Part shown: positions 45,941 through 64,000 of the stretch, one piece after another
Numbering within the stretch: the stretch's first letter is position 1
Layout of the letters: each line of letters starts with the position of its first letter
Translations under genes and position numbers: made by a program
The notes under the pieces: generated by a model
Told to the model about the DNA's origin: nothing
Databases searched by the model: none
What the model saw: the letters and a program-made list of their open reading frames with translations, nothing else
From: the human T2T-CHM13v2.0 reference genome, Homo sapiens
Strand: one strand, 5' to 3'
Length of the DNA stretch: 64,000 bases
NCBI RefSeq assembly: GCF_009914755.1
Contig: NC_060941.1

Positions 45941-48198
45941 AAGATATGAAGAAATGAGGGCCCAGGCTAGGGAGTTGGTGGTGGAAGTAGATAACTGATC
46001 AAGAAATTGGTTAACAGGTGATCTTTGGAGCGGGGAACTGAATGTTAGGTAACTTGGTGGAGGGGAGACTGACGTTTCATACCATACCATTTTTGTATTT
46101 TCAAAATTTTATGCTGGGTGCATGTATTATTGCTTTAAAAATTAAAAGTGATGATTTGCCAAAACAGGATCTCCCTTAAACATTGGAAGAAAAGAACAGA
46201 TGGGATTAAAAGAAGAATTAAAGAGATGCCAGATTAAGCCCTAGAAGAGTCAGGACTCAAGATGAAAGTTTCCCAGTGACTGCTTCTGTGTTTTTTCCAT
46301 GGACTAAACTCCAGGCCCATCAATCCACATTGTTAATGAGTGTTGATATTGTTTTCTAGGAATGCATTGGTTTTCTGTTTCAAACTTGGTACCTTTGCAC
46401 CAGTAACCCACACGTATAAAGCCCCATCGATAGAGAGCTCTACTTCCAAATGTCTAGTCATAGAACTTTCTGAAAATTTGCTTTATAAAGAAAAAAATTG
46501 GCTAGTAAGAGGCCTGTAGGAGAGCTCATAATTTGAAGTTATTGAGAGACATAATTCAGAGCCACTTATAATTTGAATAAAAATATATACATATATTCAA
46601 ATTTATGTACTTATTTAAATGTATTTATATATAAATTACAAATATAATTTTTATCATATATTACATTACTCTTTTTAGTTCCAGATTTAGCTTTCAAAGA
46701 ATACATTATTTAGTCCTAATTTGAAATAAGTGGAAAAAGGAAAATTTGTATCTGTTTGCACTCATGGGTAGAATTGTACAGGAAGTTGCTGGAGGGGGTG
46801 CTATATCAAAATCCAAGAATCCAAAGACTTGCTGTATGTAAAGCATTCTATTAAGTGCTCAGGAGAGAGGAAGATGGGCCTAGCTCTCAGCAGTTCCACC
46901 AGCACAAAACACATAATCTGCATGTAAATAAGGGAGTTTGGTGATCCTTCGTGGAAAAATTTGGGAGAAGCAAAACTAACTCCCTTAAGACTAAATTAAC
47001 GTTTGTTTGTTTTTCTATCCACAAAAGTAAAATTGGTACATGGATATTCTAGAAATTTGGAAAAAGCACAACAAAAGAATGAAAGTTAAGAGAAATGATT
47101 TCTTACTAGTGAGTGTAGAAAAAAATGCATTCATTTCTGCACATTTCAACATTTGCTTACCATCTTTCATTAGGTTAATTTGATTATGCAATTAAGAGGC
47201 ACAATCAGTATGTATATAAACTCTATAGTCCTCATGCCTGTCAAATATTAGGCATCAATACGTGTTGGTTGGATGACAAAGGAATAAGCGTTATTCTGAT
47301 AATGCCACTACTTACCTGGCATTTTATAGCCTGTAAAGTGAGCCTCTTTCAACAGCTCTGAAGTACGGATAGCACAGATAAATTCTCTTCTCTTCTTTGT
47401 TTTCTAAGAAACCATGATCTAAAGGGGTATTATACGGCTTACCTAATCAGGGTGGAGCTCAAAGATTTCTTGCCCCATTCTCCATTGATTTTAACGCCTA
47501 ATATATTTAACCCTGAGTACTGTTCACTCCAGAATTGCTCTAACGCCTTTAGGTTGACTATTAGGATGTGCATTCATAAACTGCTAGCCTTACTCAGGCT
47601 TCTTACAATATTGTGAGGAAGATAAAATGATAAATATGCCAATAGTTATTCCAGGATGTAGAAAATGTTAAGTGTAAATCCCCAAAGGAGAGGGCATTCC
47701 CCACAAACCCTCTGCTATCCTGTTTGCTCAGTCTCTTCAAAATTAGCACACTGACTGTGAGAGTATAGGCAGATTTCTTTAACGAAGAAGTAGCATTTTG
47801 TTGAAGGATCAGGGAAGGCCTTGTAGAAGTGTCATCTGAGATGGTCCATGAAGGAATGGGTAGGATTTAACAGATGGAGATCCAGGAAGAAAGAAGTTCT
47901 AGGTGCAAGAACAGAAACTGAAAGAACTGAAGTGGAAGGAAAAAAATTTGAAGTCTGTTTGAGGAGGAGAGAGCAGTCTTGTCTGACTGGAGTCTAACAT
48001 AAGTGTAAGGAAGAAGTCTAGGGAGACAGTTGGAACCAGATGCATCAGAAGCTGTTGTCAGGCCTCACTCATTAAGAAGGAATGTTCTGGCCCAGAACTC
48101 CAAATGAGGCTGACCAGAGCAGCTTCTTTTTATCTTTGTTCTCAGACCACAGACCCCTTATTTCCTTATTTTTCACTCGGTTCTACACTCTCAGATTA

Positions 48199-48618
<420 letters not shown>

Positions 48619-49639
48619 GTTAACCCATGAATATGGGGCTGTTAGCCAAAACAACACTTCCATGAATTTAGAATGCTGTATCATTGAGGACCAAAATTAT
48701 CTCATGCTTACTTTAAAATAAAATCTACCAATATTTTTTGAGGAATTTTAATTTTACTTGACTATGGTGCTTTTTAAAGTCAATTTTTAGGAATGGAAAA
48801 AGTATTCAATTAACCCAATTCTGTTTTCCTTCTCTCAGTTGCAAGAATAAAAACTGGATTAAAATAATTTTCATCTTGTCCTGCCAAAATTATGCCCCCA
48901 CAAACAAACAAACAAATGCAAACCCAAATCTCAAAAGAGAAAAGAAAAATAGAAGTATGAATTAGGGTGGGAATGGAATTCTCATGGTTGAGGGAGGAAA
49001 GATTTTTGCTATTCTGTGAGCTGGACATTTTAAAGAAACCCAAATGTGGATCAACTTCCTCAAAACTGCTGCTTTTTCTTTGTGGTTTTGGCTTGTCCCA
49101 GGTCAAGCAACTGGTCCAGTGGACAGGAGTTGATTAAAACAAGGCTGTGTTCCAAGGCTGAAGAGTATTTTTAGATCTTGAGGAAGAATTTTTTTTTTTT
49201 GAAGGAAAGGATGGTAATGTCATCCAAAGTACTAGTCCTGTGCAGAAGCTGCTACTTGGCATGTCTCAAGAAGCACTTCAAAAGGAATGCGGCCAAAGGC
49301 CAAGCTTCAGGAAGCCAAATGCTGGAGACCCAGTTGTTCTTCTGGTCTATTTGGAAAACATGATGGCAGACATTTTCATGGATTTTCTCATCGTTTGCCC
49401 CTTTTATAAACCTTCATGAACACAGGCATTTGCTTTGTTTTGATTGCCCTGTGGAAGACTCTAGCTTAATGTTCTAAATTATTTCTTCTTTGAGCAATAA
49501 GAACAAAAATGATCATTGGAAACCCCCAAGATATATCATATCCTTGTAGGAAAATATTAGCTGGCCAATCTTGAACAGTCTTCAAAGTAAAAATTATGGG
49601 AAGAATGGATGAAACAAAGATCAGATGCTGGCGTGTGTA

Positions 49640-49741
49640 CATGTGGGTGCACTGTGTGTTTATGTGTGCCCAGCATTCATGCATGTACTTCATGTGGGTG
49701 CACTGTGTGTTTATGTGTGCCTAGCATTCATGCATGTACTT
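49640..49741. repeat. Two-copy 51-bp tandem duplication
   Basis: 49640-49690 and 49691-49741 differ at one base. Confidence 0.95.
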
Positions 49742-50116
49742 AACTAAAAGTGCCCTTTGCAATTAGGAGAAAGGCAGGAACGGTGGAGCTACTTACTGTT
49801 CTTGGATGATTCAGACTCATCAGGGGGTAGCTGGGTGTTTAGATAGATAAGTGCTCCCTGCTAAGATCTTACCAAAGCAAACGATTCTAACTTGGCATTC
49901 AGGAAAATCAATAAGTGAAATAAAGAAACTGAATTTCTGGAAATTATCTTCAATTGAATCGCGTGATGTTGGCTGAGCTACTCAGGTCCCGCAAGCAAAA
50001 ACTTAGGAACAGAAAGTTTTTATCAGCTGACTGAAGTGCCATTGCTTGGTGCATGACTGTATTATAGTTTCAAAGTGTTGATGCCTATAAATAATATTTT
50101 TAAATATCTACAACTA

Positions 50117-50401
<285 letters not shown>

Positions 50402-50941
50402 AAATATTTACAACTACTGAAATATGATATGAATATCTGTCTTGGTGACTGTGATGGTTAATTTAATGCGTCAAATTGACGGGGCCAAGGAGATATAGAT
50501 ATAGATACACACACACACACACACATATATTCAGTTGTTTCTGTTTCTCTGGAGAACCGTGACTGATAAAGCGACAAAGTCACAAGCACTACTACTAGTA
50601 CTTGGGTTTGTTTCCCACATCATATTTGAAGGAAATGAACTGCAGGTTAATTGTTTCTTAATAACTTCATATTTTCCCAGTCCAAAGGCTGCTCACTTTT
50701 CAAGAACCAGCAGATTTCTCCACCCATTACAATCCCCACTGAGACTCCACATTTCTGAAGCCTTTGTGTCCATATAATAATAACACCCAGCAAGCTGCTT
50801 CGATTGTTCATAACATTTCAACGTTGTGTTTCATCTCTCCTTTATCGGTGTAGGTTTCTTGGAAGCAGGGACTGGACTTCTGCTTCTTTTGAAATTCCCT
50901 GCCTCAGCTGCAACCAGCATACTGATGGGAACCTGGTATTC

Positions 50942-51230
50942 CAGTGGTTCTCAACCCTGAACACACATCAGAATAACCTGCAGATGCTTGGGTTCTATTT
51001 CCCAGGCCAGTGGTTCATTAAGTGTGATCCCCAGACCAGCAGCATCAGTATCGCCTGAGAATTTCTTAGAAATGCAACTTATCAAGCCCTACCTACAACC
51101 AACACAATCAGAAACTCTGGGGGTAGGGCCCCACAGTCTATGATTTTGGAATGCACTAAAATTTCAGAATCACTGCCCTAAGGACTCTGATTCTGAAGAA
51201 ATGGAGCGGAATTCAGAAAACTTCATGGAA
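50942..51230. mobile_element. MER5-family MITEs, apparently one nested in another
   Basis: Two CAGTGGTTC starts (~50943, ~51008); inner element ends gaatcactg at ~51175, outer resumes with gactctgattc. Confidence 0.65.
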
Positions 51231-51635
51231 AAAGTACCATTACCTGGTAAATTCCATGAGGTCAAAGGTAGGGTCCAATTTTGCTCACCGTTATACCTCA
51301 AGGGCCTGTCTTAGTGCCTGACAGATGGTCTGGACTAGAAACTATTTGTTGAATAAAAGAAAGAAATGCAATTTGTGAGGCCTACGTATTGTGCAACTAT
51401 ATTTTTCAGTGTCTGCTGACTTTTATAGAAATTAGATACAAGTCCTTTGAAAGATAAATATTCCCTTTGAAGGTGCCATTTATTGCAAGACATCAATTAT
51501 TTAACAAATGATGCACTTGTTGTTCATCTAGTAGCTCCAACTAGTGTTTTGGCTTATGAGAGAGTTTTGAAAAACAAGCAAAAAGGTCAGCGTTTAGAAA
51601 CCTAAATGCCTTCACCAAATTAAAGGAAACTTTGC

Positions 51636-51982
<347 letters not shown>

Positions 51983-52572
51983 TGATCTTCTTGACTACAG
52001 GAAGGACAATATGAGCTCTTATACTCTACAGAATAAAGGAAGAAAATTCTTCTGCGTTTCACCTTCAAAATATAGGTAGAATAAACTAAAGCTACAGCAG
52101 ACTACGATTTCCAAAAGACCATTATGTATATTCAAATAGCAAGTTGTCAGATAGTGTACTTTGCTCTTTAAATAGCGTGTCATTGATGCATTGATTCTAC
52201 TACGTGCAAATTGTGGTGTAAGACAAAACAGAGAATGCTGAAAAGTGTTCCTTCTCTCAAAGAGCTCACAACACAGAAGAGAAATGAGAGCAGGGAATAC
52301 AAATAACTACAGTCCCTCTTTATCCTCTTTAGTACTCGACAGAGCCCTTTCCAATGTTTTTCTTTATTTATCTGTTTGCTTATTTGTGAATTTGTTGTCT
52401 TCCCTCCTCACTAGAACATAAGTCAAGGAAATCTCATTTACCACCACATCTGACTGGCACTGAGGGTATTTCCTGGTGCTGGTGGACACAATCAATATTT
52501 CTTAAATGGAATGCTGGGGAAGGAAACACAAAGTTAAACACATGAATTACTACTTTGAAAATATTAGATCCC

Positions 52573-52871
<299 letters not shown>

Positions 52872-53898
52872 TTAGATCCCACTCTGAGGCATCTATTTTC
52901 ATGTTCTCTGATGAGGACCTATGCTCTGGATTCACATGGATCTGCGGGGTTCAAGTCTTGGTTCTGAAACTCGCTGCTGTGTGCTTTTAACCACATTGCT
53001 TAACTTTTGACAGTTTCTGCTGCCCCTCCATCGTGATACTTAACTCTGTATTGCCTCACCTGAAGTTTAATTTCTCTCTAAGTCTGTTATTTAAGATAAG
53101 CCAAAAAATGTCCCGTAATATTGAAAAATATATTTTACTAATTCCAAGGACTGCTCGCTTATAACCTTGAAATTACAAATATTTTTATGAGAAACTATAC
53201 ATGTTACATTAAATTTATTTTCTTATTGTTATTTTTGTAGAAAGCTGTGTTAGCTCCCTCAAAGTGGTAAACTAACTTTTCATAAGAGGATAATTTTACC
53301 CAACAACCTTGTGATAATTAACTCACCATGACTTCCAAATATAGCTCCAATTTACCCAAGCATTATTAAAGGACTTTTAAAATTAGGAGCACAGCTAAAG
53401 GAATTTCCTCCTTGGGTTTACAAGTAAAATTAAAGTGACTGAGAATAACTTCAAAACACAAGGCAAGACTTATTTACCTTACGAGTATTATTGGTTAGTC
53501 AGTTGAAGTAATTTTAAATTCCATTCTTATTATTTTAGGCTTCAATAATTCTAACAAAAAGTTTTTATGTGTATGTATAAATATATATGTTATATTTATA
53601 TAGTCACTAAATAAATATTTTTAGAACCATGTTTTTCAAACTTTTTCTTCCCATTGCTGAGATGAGATGGTCTTTTCTATGAGTTTTTCTAAATAAGCTG
53701 CAAGGTTCTTTCTCATGTGTTCTGGGAGATGTATCTTCTGGTGGTGAGATGCCTAGCCACCCACCTGGGACAGCCATGAGACCTGGTGAGAGAATTGCTA
53801 AATCATGAAACTCTCCAAGCTTCCAATGCCCTATATGTAAGGTCAGAATTGTAACACCTGTCCTGCTTACAGATCAAATAAAAAATTGTGTATAAGGG

Positions 53899-54274
53899 TG
53901 CTGTGATTTGACTGTGTCCTCCAAAGTTCATGTATTGGAAACTTAATTCCCAATGCAACAGGATTGAGAAGTGGGATATTTAAGAGGTGATTAGGACACG
54001 AGGGCCCTTCCTTCATGAATGGATTCAGCTGTTATTGCAAGAGTGGGTTCCTAATAAAAGAATGAGATAAGTTGGACATCTTCTTCCCTTCTTCTCTCCT
54101 GATTTCCTCCAGTTCTGTCTTCCACAATGGAATGACAAGCAAGAAGATTTTCAGTAGATGCTAGTGCTTTGATATTGAACTTCACAGCCTCTAGAACTGT
54201 GAAAAATAAATTTCTCTTATTCATAAATTATCCAATCTGGGATATACTGTTATAACATGAAACAGCGAAAGACA
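53899..54274 (+). mobile_element. MST-type ERVL-MaLR solo LTR
   Basis: TG...CA ends, 5-bp TSD AAGGG (53894-53898, 54275-54279), cagcctctagaactgtgaaaaataaatttct motif. Confidence 0.85.
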
Positions 54275-54330
54275 AAGGGTTTCATAAGTGGAAAAACTAT
54301 ATATACCTATGCATGTGTGTATGTATAACA

Positions 54331-54333
<3 letters not shown>

Positions 54334-54365
<32 letters not shown>
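54334..54365. repeat. (TA)n microsatellite
   Basis: Directly visible. Confidence 0.9.
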
Positions 54366-54368
<3 letters not shown>

Positions 54369-54425
54369 GCACTCTATCAGCATAACACTAAACACTATAT
54401 ATGTATAAGTATATATATACATATA

Positions 54426-55607
<1,182 letters not shown>

Positions 55608-56584
55608 TATACATACCTATATTATATAATATATACATATATGTAAGTTATTGCTGCTGATATTCTTTAATGGCTTGCTTTTATAAATCCCACAGGAAAT
55701 GGTTATCAAAGCATTTCAGTGGACCTAGTCATTAGTTATTCACTCTCTAAGCCTCTGCTAGTAAGACTGAATATGATTGGTCTTCATATTTGAAAGCAAA
55801 GATATTCTTTTCACAGTTTAACACTGTCTTGCTTTTTGCTTTTCTTTTTTAATAGAAAGTATTGGAAAATACAAATTGGTAAACACTTACTGACTCTGAA
55901 TTTTAGCTAGAAGAATCCTCTTATTCCTTGACAACTATTTCTTAACTGGGGAACTGGAGCCTTGGATGGCAAAAGGACAGGTCTGAGCAAAATGCCCTGC
56001 TGTCCAAGAGGGATCTGGCAGTGACCTAGCACAAATGTCCCTTCTCTTGTGACAGCCTCTCACAGACTCCACTAAGCCTTTCTCCAGTCGGACATGGCCC
56101 TTTATTCAGACCTCTTTCTGGTGTTGACTATGTGGTGGGGAAGTTACTTAGGGTTTTTTGCAATAAGTAATACCTTGCTATATGCAGTGATAACATTGTA
56201 AAAATTAAGTATATAAGCATATAGAGTTAAAAAGTGAATGTCCTCCTTTCCCTCTCTCCCCTTCGTGCCACTCTTAGCAGTTTGGAGCATGGCCTTTCGG
56301 ATCAATTTGTATGCAGTTTTAATATGCACATACAAAAACATGTAATAAAGAGATCATTCTGTACATTTTGTTCTACTTCTCAAAAATCTTTTCATGTCCG
56401 AACATATATTGATATATCTATTCCGTAATATAAATATGTTATTTAACTTCCGATGAACATTCCTTTCTTTCTCTTCTTCTTTTTGCTATTACAAACAATG
56501 CACCAACAAACACTCTGTTCTATACTCAAACACATACACATAGGCACATATGTATCTGGAGGATACTTTTATAATCTTGTTTTA

Positions 56585-58260
<1,676 letters not shown>

Positions 58261-58649
58261 TTTACTAATTCATTGTAGTAGATGGATTGAAGTTGAAAAG
58301 AAATAACTGAAGATGAATTGAGGTTGAAAAGAAAACTGTTGTTTTGGGGTGTTGATTTTGTATAGAACTCGTTACTAAAGGGGCTTACAAACTGTTTGCT
58401 TTTAGGCAGGTTCCGGAAGAGACCGTGCTTTCCTCCTCACTTCCTGCCTTTCCCTTATAAAAACTAGGGGATTGGAGTGGAGTGGTGGTCAGTTATGAGA
58501 GTTCTGCTGAAATGACACCTCTGGACAGCCCGAGGGTAGGAAAAGGGTACCATTTGCTGTTAGGTACTTGGTGCCATTGTTCTCAGCTGTGGGTTTTAAG
58601 AGCTAATTGCATCAGAAAAAAAATAAGATAAAGATAAACACATTTTATC

Positions 58650-59990
58650 AGTAGATACTCATTCAGCTGCAAGTAACAGACTAGTTTAGTGACATTTGCT
58701 TTTAAAAATGTGTTTTATTTTTTTCACATAACAAGAAATCTTGGGGTAGACCATTGCTGATGTCAGCTCAGTGGTTCAGTAATGCCACTAGGAACCCAAG
58801 TTTTTCTTTTCTTTCAGACTTTTTTTCCAAGCAAACTTTTTGTTTTGGAATAACTTTAGATCCATAGGAAAGTTGCAAAGACAGTACAGGCCTCTCACAT
58901 ACCCTTCACCCAGTTTTTTGCTCATGTTAACATCTTACATAACTTTGGTACATGTGTCAAAACTGGAAATTAATATTGGTACATTACTATTAACTAAAGT
59001 ACAGACTTCATTGGGATTTCATCCGTTGTTCCTCTCTTATCCTTGTCCTGTTTCAGAATCTAATCCAGGGTATCATTCGTTCTAATGTCTCCATAGGCAT
59101 CCCTTGGCTGTGACAGTTTCTTGATCTTCACTTGATTTTCATGGTCTTGACACTTTGAGGACTACTGCTCAGGTATTTTGTAGAATGTCCCTCAGTTTGA
59201 GCTCATCTGGTGATTTCTCATAATTAGACTGGAGTTGTGGGTTGGCAGGGAATACCACTGGGGTGGAGTGCCCTACTCATTGCCAGGTGTCCTGATATCA
59301 GAAGGACTTATCACTAGTGATGTTAACCTTGTGATAGTCAGCTGGTAATGTTAAACTTGATCACTGATCTTTTAGTCTTTTTATTATGGAGAATTTGAAA
59401 CATGCACAAAAGTAGAGAAAACAATATAGCTAACCCCTATGTATCTATATCCAGTTTCAACAATTATTGATTTTATTTCATCTATACCTCCATCTACTTT
59501 CCCAGTAGCACCCCTGGGCTATTTTGAAGCAAGTTGTAAACATTACATTTAATCTATAAATATTTCAGTATGGATCACGAAAAGATAAAGACTCCTAGAA
59601 AAGTAGGCACAATATCATTAGCACTCGTAAAATCCCTGGCTATATTTTCAAGGCTATTTGTATTTTCCCACTCTGCCCTTTTCGGCATGTGGCTCTTTAT
59701 CCTTGCTAACAGTTGTGAGAGAGCTTCTCTGTCTTCAGCCGTCACATCTAAGTTTAAGGCCAAACACTGGGAGGCAGGATAGCAAAAAGCAAAAGGTTTC
59801 CCAGATCCTTTTGCCCCTTACCCTTACAACCCGACTTCCAGCTGTATCTCACTGGTCAGAATTGTATCACGTGGATACCACAAGTACCAAGAGAAGTTGG
59901 AAAAGCTAGCATTTGGCTTTCCAACCTCCATAATTGAGGATGACATGGGATGATGAGGTTGGGAATAGATGCGGAGTGAGCCAACATAGA
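58650..59990. mobile_element. Old MLT1-type LTR remnant interrupted by L1MC/L1MD-type 3' fragments
   Basis: ttcagctgcaagtaacaga start and ctcactggtcagaattgtatcacgtgg motif; L1M 3' end motifs at ~58830-59620. Confidence 0.5.
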
Positions 59991-60294
59991 GTATCGTTCA
60001 CACTAACTTGGGGAAAAGAGAAACTTCACTTGACACATTTCTCCATTCTGTGAAACCAGTCCTTAGGGAAGAGAGTGGGACTGGTGGAATAACTACTGAA
60101 TGGCCATACCATAGCAGCACTTGTGTTCTCCTGCCTCTGGCTTGGTGATGCCTAAGGCTGGGACCTGGCTGGGCCTATGAGTGGAGGCTAAGGCTCCAGC
60201 TGTAGGGGCTGGAACAATGTGGGGCTGCAGCCAGAGAGCCGTTTTAATTTGACTTCAATGACTCAAAGATGTAGTTATTAAAGAATGCATTTCA

Positions 60295-60575
60295 GGCCGG
60301 GTATGGTGGCTCACTCCTGTAATCCCAGCACTTTGAGAGGCCAAGGCAGGTGGATCACTTGAGATCAGGAGCCTGGCCACCAGCCAGCCTGGCCGATATG
60401 GTGAAACCCTCTCTCTACTAAAAATGCAAAAATTATCTGGGCGTGGTGGCACATGCCTGTAATCCCGCTACTTGGGAGGCTGAGGCAGAAGAATCACTTG
60501 AACCGGCGTGGCGGAGGTTGCAGTGAGCCAAGATCGTGCCACTGCACTCCAGCCTGGGTGACAGAGTGAGACTCC
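60295..60575 (+). mobile_element. AluS without poly(A) tail
   Basis: TSD AGAATGCATTT(C/A)A at 60282-60294 and 60581-60593. Confidence 0.9.
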
Positions 60576-61419
60576 GAGAGAGAATGCATTTAACAGGACA
60601 TAAATTCTAAAATCAGGATAATCCTAGACTACCGAGTAGCTTAAGTATAAGTTTAGAGCATTACCAAAGCAATGACTCTACAAGAAACATTGAGTTCTGG
60701 TGAATTTAACAAGAATTTTTCAAAATAAAAAAATGTTTAGAAAGAAGCTGCCAATTTTTAATGAAAATCATTTTATTTTACATTATTTGACATACTTTTA
60801 AAAAAGAAAAAATGTGCCAATTAAACTCTGAAATGCCATTGATTCTAAGGCACATCCTGACTTTAGAAATGTTAAAATGTGGAAAAAATTTTGTCTTGAT
60901 ATTGATGAAATATGGTATTTTAATTTTTAACTATATAATACAAGTAAAGTTTGGATTCTATGTCACAATCATTTTTAAAAATTGTTTTATTGAGTTATAA
61001 TAAAATCAGTGAGTAATAAGATCAATGAAATTCCACTTATGTATACACCTATGTAATCATCATCCAGATTAAGATTTAAAACATTTTGCTATCTCATAGT
61101 TTTCTTGTGCCCTGTCCCACTTAATCTCTATTCACAGAAGTGACCACTCTCTGAATTTTTTCACCGCAAATTAGCTTTATTTGTTCTGGGATTTATATAA
61201 ATGGAATCATTCACTTTCTTCTCTTTTGTGTCTGACTCCCTTTTTTTTTTTCTTATGTCCAGGATACATTGTTAAGGGAGAAAAAAGCAAGTTATCAAAA
61301 CAATTGAAAGAGTATTATCATTTTTGTTTAAAAAACCACAAGTAGTCTGTATCTATAAGTGTGTTCCTATGTATATTACATGTAAGGACAGCGTACTGAA
61401 ATGGGGAGCTATGAACAGG

Positions 61420-61690
61420 CCAACCTAGACCTCCATATTTGAAAATTGTCACTTGCTCCTTCCCCTCCATGTTACTCATCTCGTTCCCCTGTTCTGCATT
61501 TTCATTTTTCATAGCACTTAATGTCTTTTTACATTTTATATATTTACTTATTTATTATGTTTATTATGTATCATATGTTTCTCCTCCTTTCCCTAGAATG
61601 TAAGATTGCTCATGGTAAGAATCTTTATCTAGTTAGTATTTGGCACATAGTAGGTGCTCAGTAAATATGTAGTGAGTAAATGAATCAAAT
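61420..61690 (+). mobile_element. L2 3' end
   Basis: ctagaatgtaag...tggcacatagtaggtgctcagtaaatat...gaat. Confidence 0.7.
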
Positions 61691-61719
61691 GGTATTGGAG
61701 TAAGGTGAAGGAAAAACAC

Positions 61720-62870
<1,151 letters not shown>

Positions 62871-62871
62871 C

Positions 62872-62903
62872 ATATATATGTATATGTGTATACATATATA
62901 TAT

Positions 62904-62952
<49 letters not shown>
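62872..62952. repeat. (TA)n/(CA)n compound microsatellite
   Basis: Directly visible. Confidence 0.9.
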
Positions 62953-62953
<1 letters not shown>

Positions 62954-63455
62954 TAAGTTCTTTGTCAGATACATGTTTTGCAAGGAGCAATCACTTAAAT
63001 GAAGAAAAGCCAATAAGGTTGAAGCAAACTGTGAGACTCAAGTCAAACTGACATTTACTGAATAACTACCAGATAGCAGGTCCTTCAGACCCAGGCTTTC
63101 CCCTGATTTTCACTCTGCCGGGCATCATTTTCTTGATTTTTTTCACTATGCTACTAAAGCCTAGAGAGGTTCAATAACTTGTTCAATGCTGCCCAGTTTA
63201 AAGAGGCAGAGCTAGGATTCAAAGGGGTCTGTGTGAATCCTTCCCCTTAAAAGAAGCACACTTATATTGGGTGCCCTCTGTTTTTCCTTTTATTTAAATT
63301 ATATAGAAGGGACTTCTATTTTTTTTCAATGCTTAGCCTCTAGAATCTTAATCTGTCCTTGAATTAGGGCTAGCTGCTTAGTCCTGATTAATTTCTAATA
63401 AGGAACTAACTAGTCCTTTAATATGCCCCTGAATTAGATTATAGGGAACTCTGGT

Positions 63456-64000
<545 letters not shown>

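Noticed and set aside
58281-58337. Imperfect ~32-bp tandem duplication (GATG.ATTGA.GTTGAAAAGAAA)
   Set aside because: Local slippage duplication at an old repeat edge; no sign of function
59575-59763. 62-aa ORF that looks protein-like (MALNLDVTAEDREALSQLLARIK...)
   Set aside because: Starts at TTG, lies in degenerate MLT1/L1M-derived sequence, and has no splice or promoter support

Overview
Primate (very likely human chr17p13) fast skeletal myosin heavy chain cluster, with both genes on the minus strand. The window holds the 5' half of MYH1 (MyHC-IIx; exons 1-15 plus part of exon 16, running off the left edge) and the complete 40-exon MYH2 (MyHC-IIa). The 38 MYH2 coding exons I delimited by GT-AG boundaries sum to 5826 nt = 1941 aa + stop. 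A ~2.6 kb spacer separates the MYH2 poly(A) site from the MYH1 promoter, and ~23 kb of repeat-rich DNA lies upstream of MYH2 (towards MYH3). I see no clearly new multi-gene system. The most notable sequence-level observations: (1) a 173-bp perfectly identical MYH1/MYH2 tract that includes intron sequence, suggesting gene conversion around loop 1; (2) a perfect 24-bp inverted repeat 2.7 kb upstream of MYH2; (3) a 30-bp direct repeat and a divergent TATA box in the MYH2-MYH1 spacer, a candidate antisense promoter; (4) a full MER11 solo LTR antisense in MYH2 intron 10; (5) a MEF2 site intact in the MYH1 promoter but broken in MYH2; (6) an inverted Alu-Alu fusion junction. Repeat family names come from recognising consensus sequence by eye, and repeat boundaries without target-site duplications (TSDs) are approximate.
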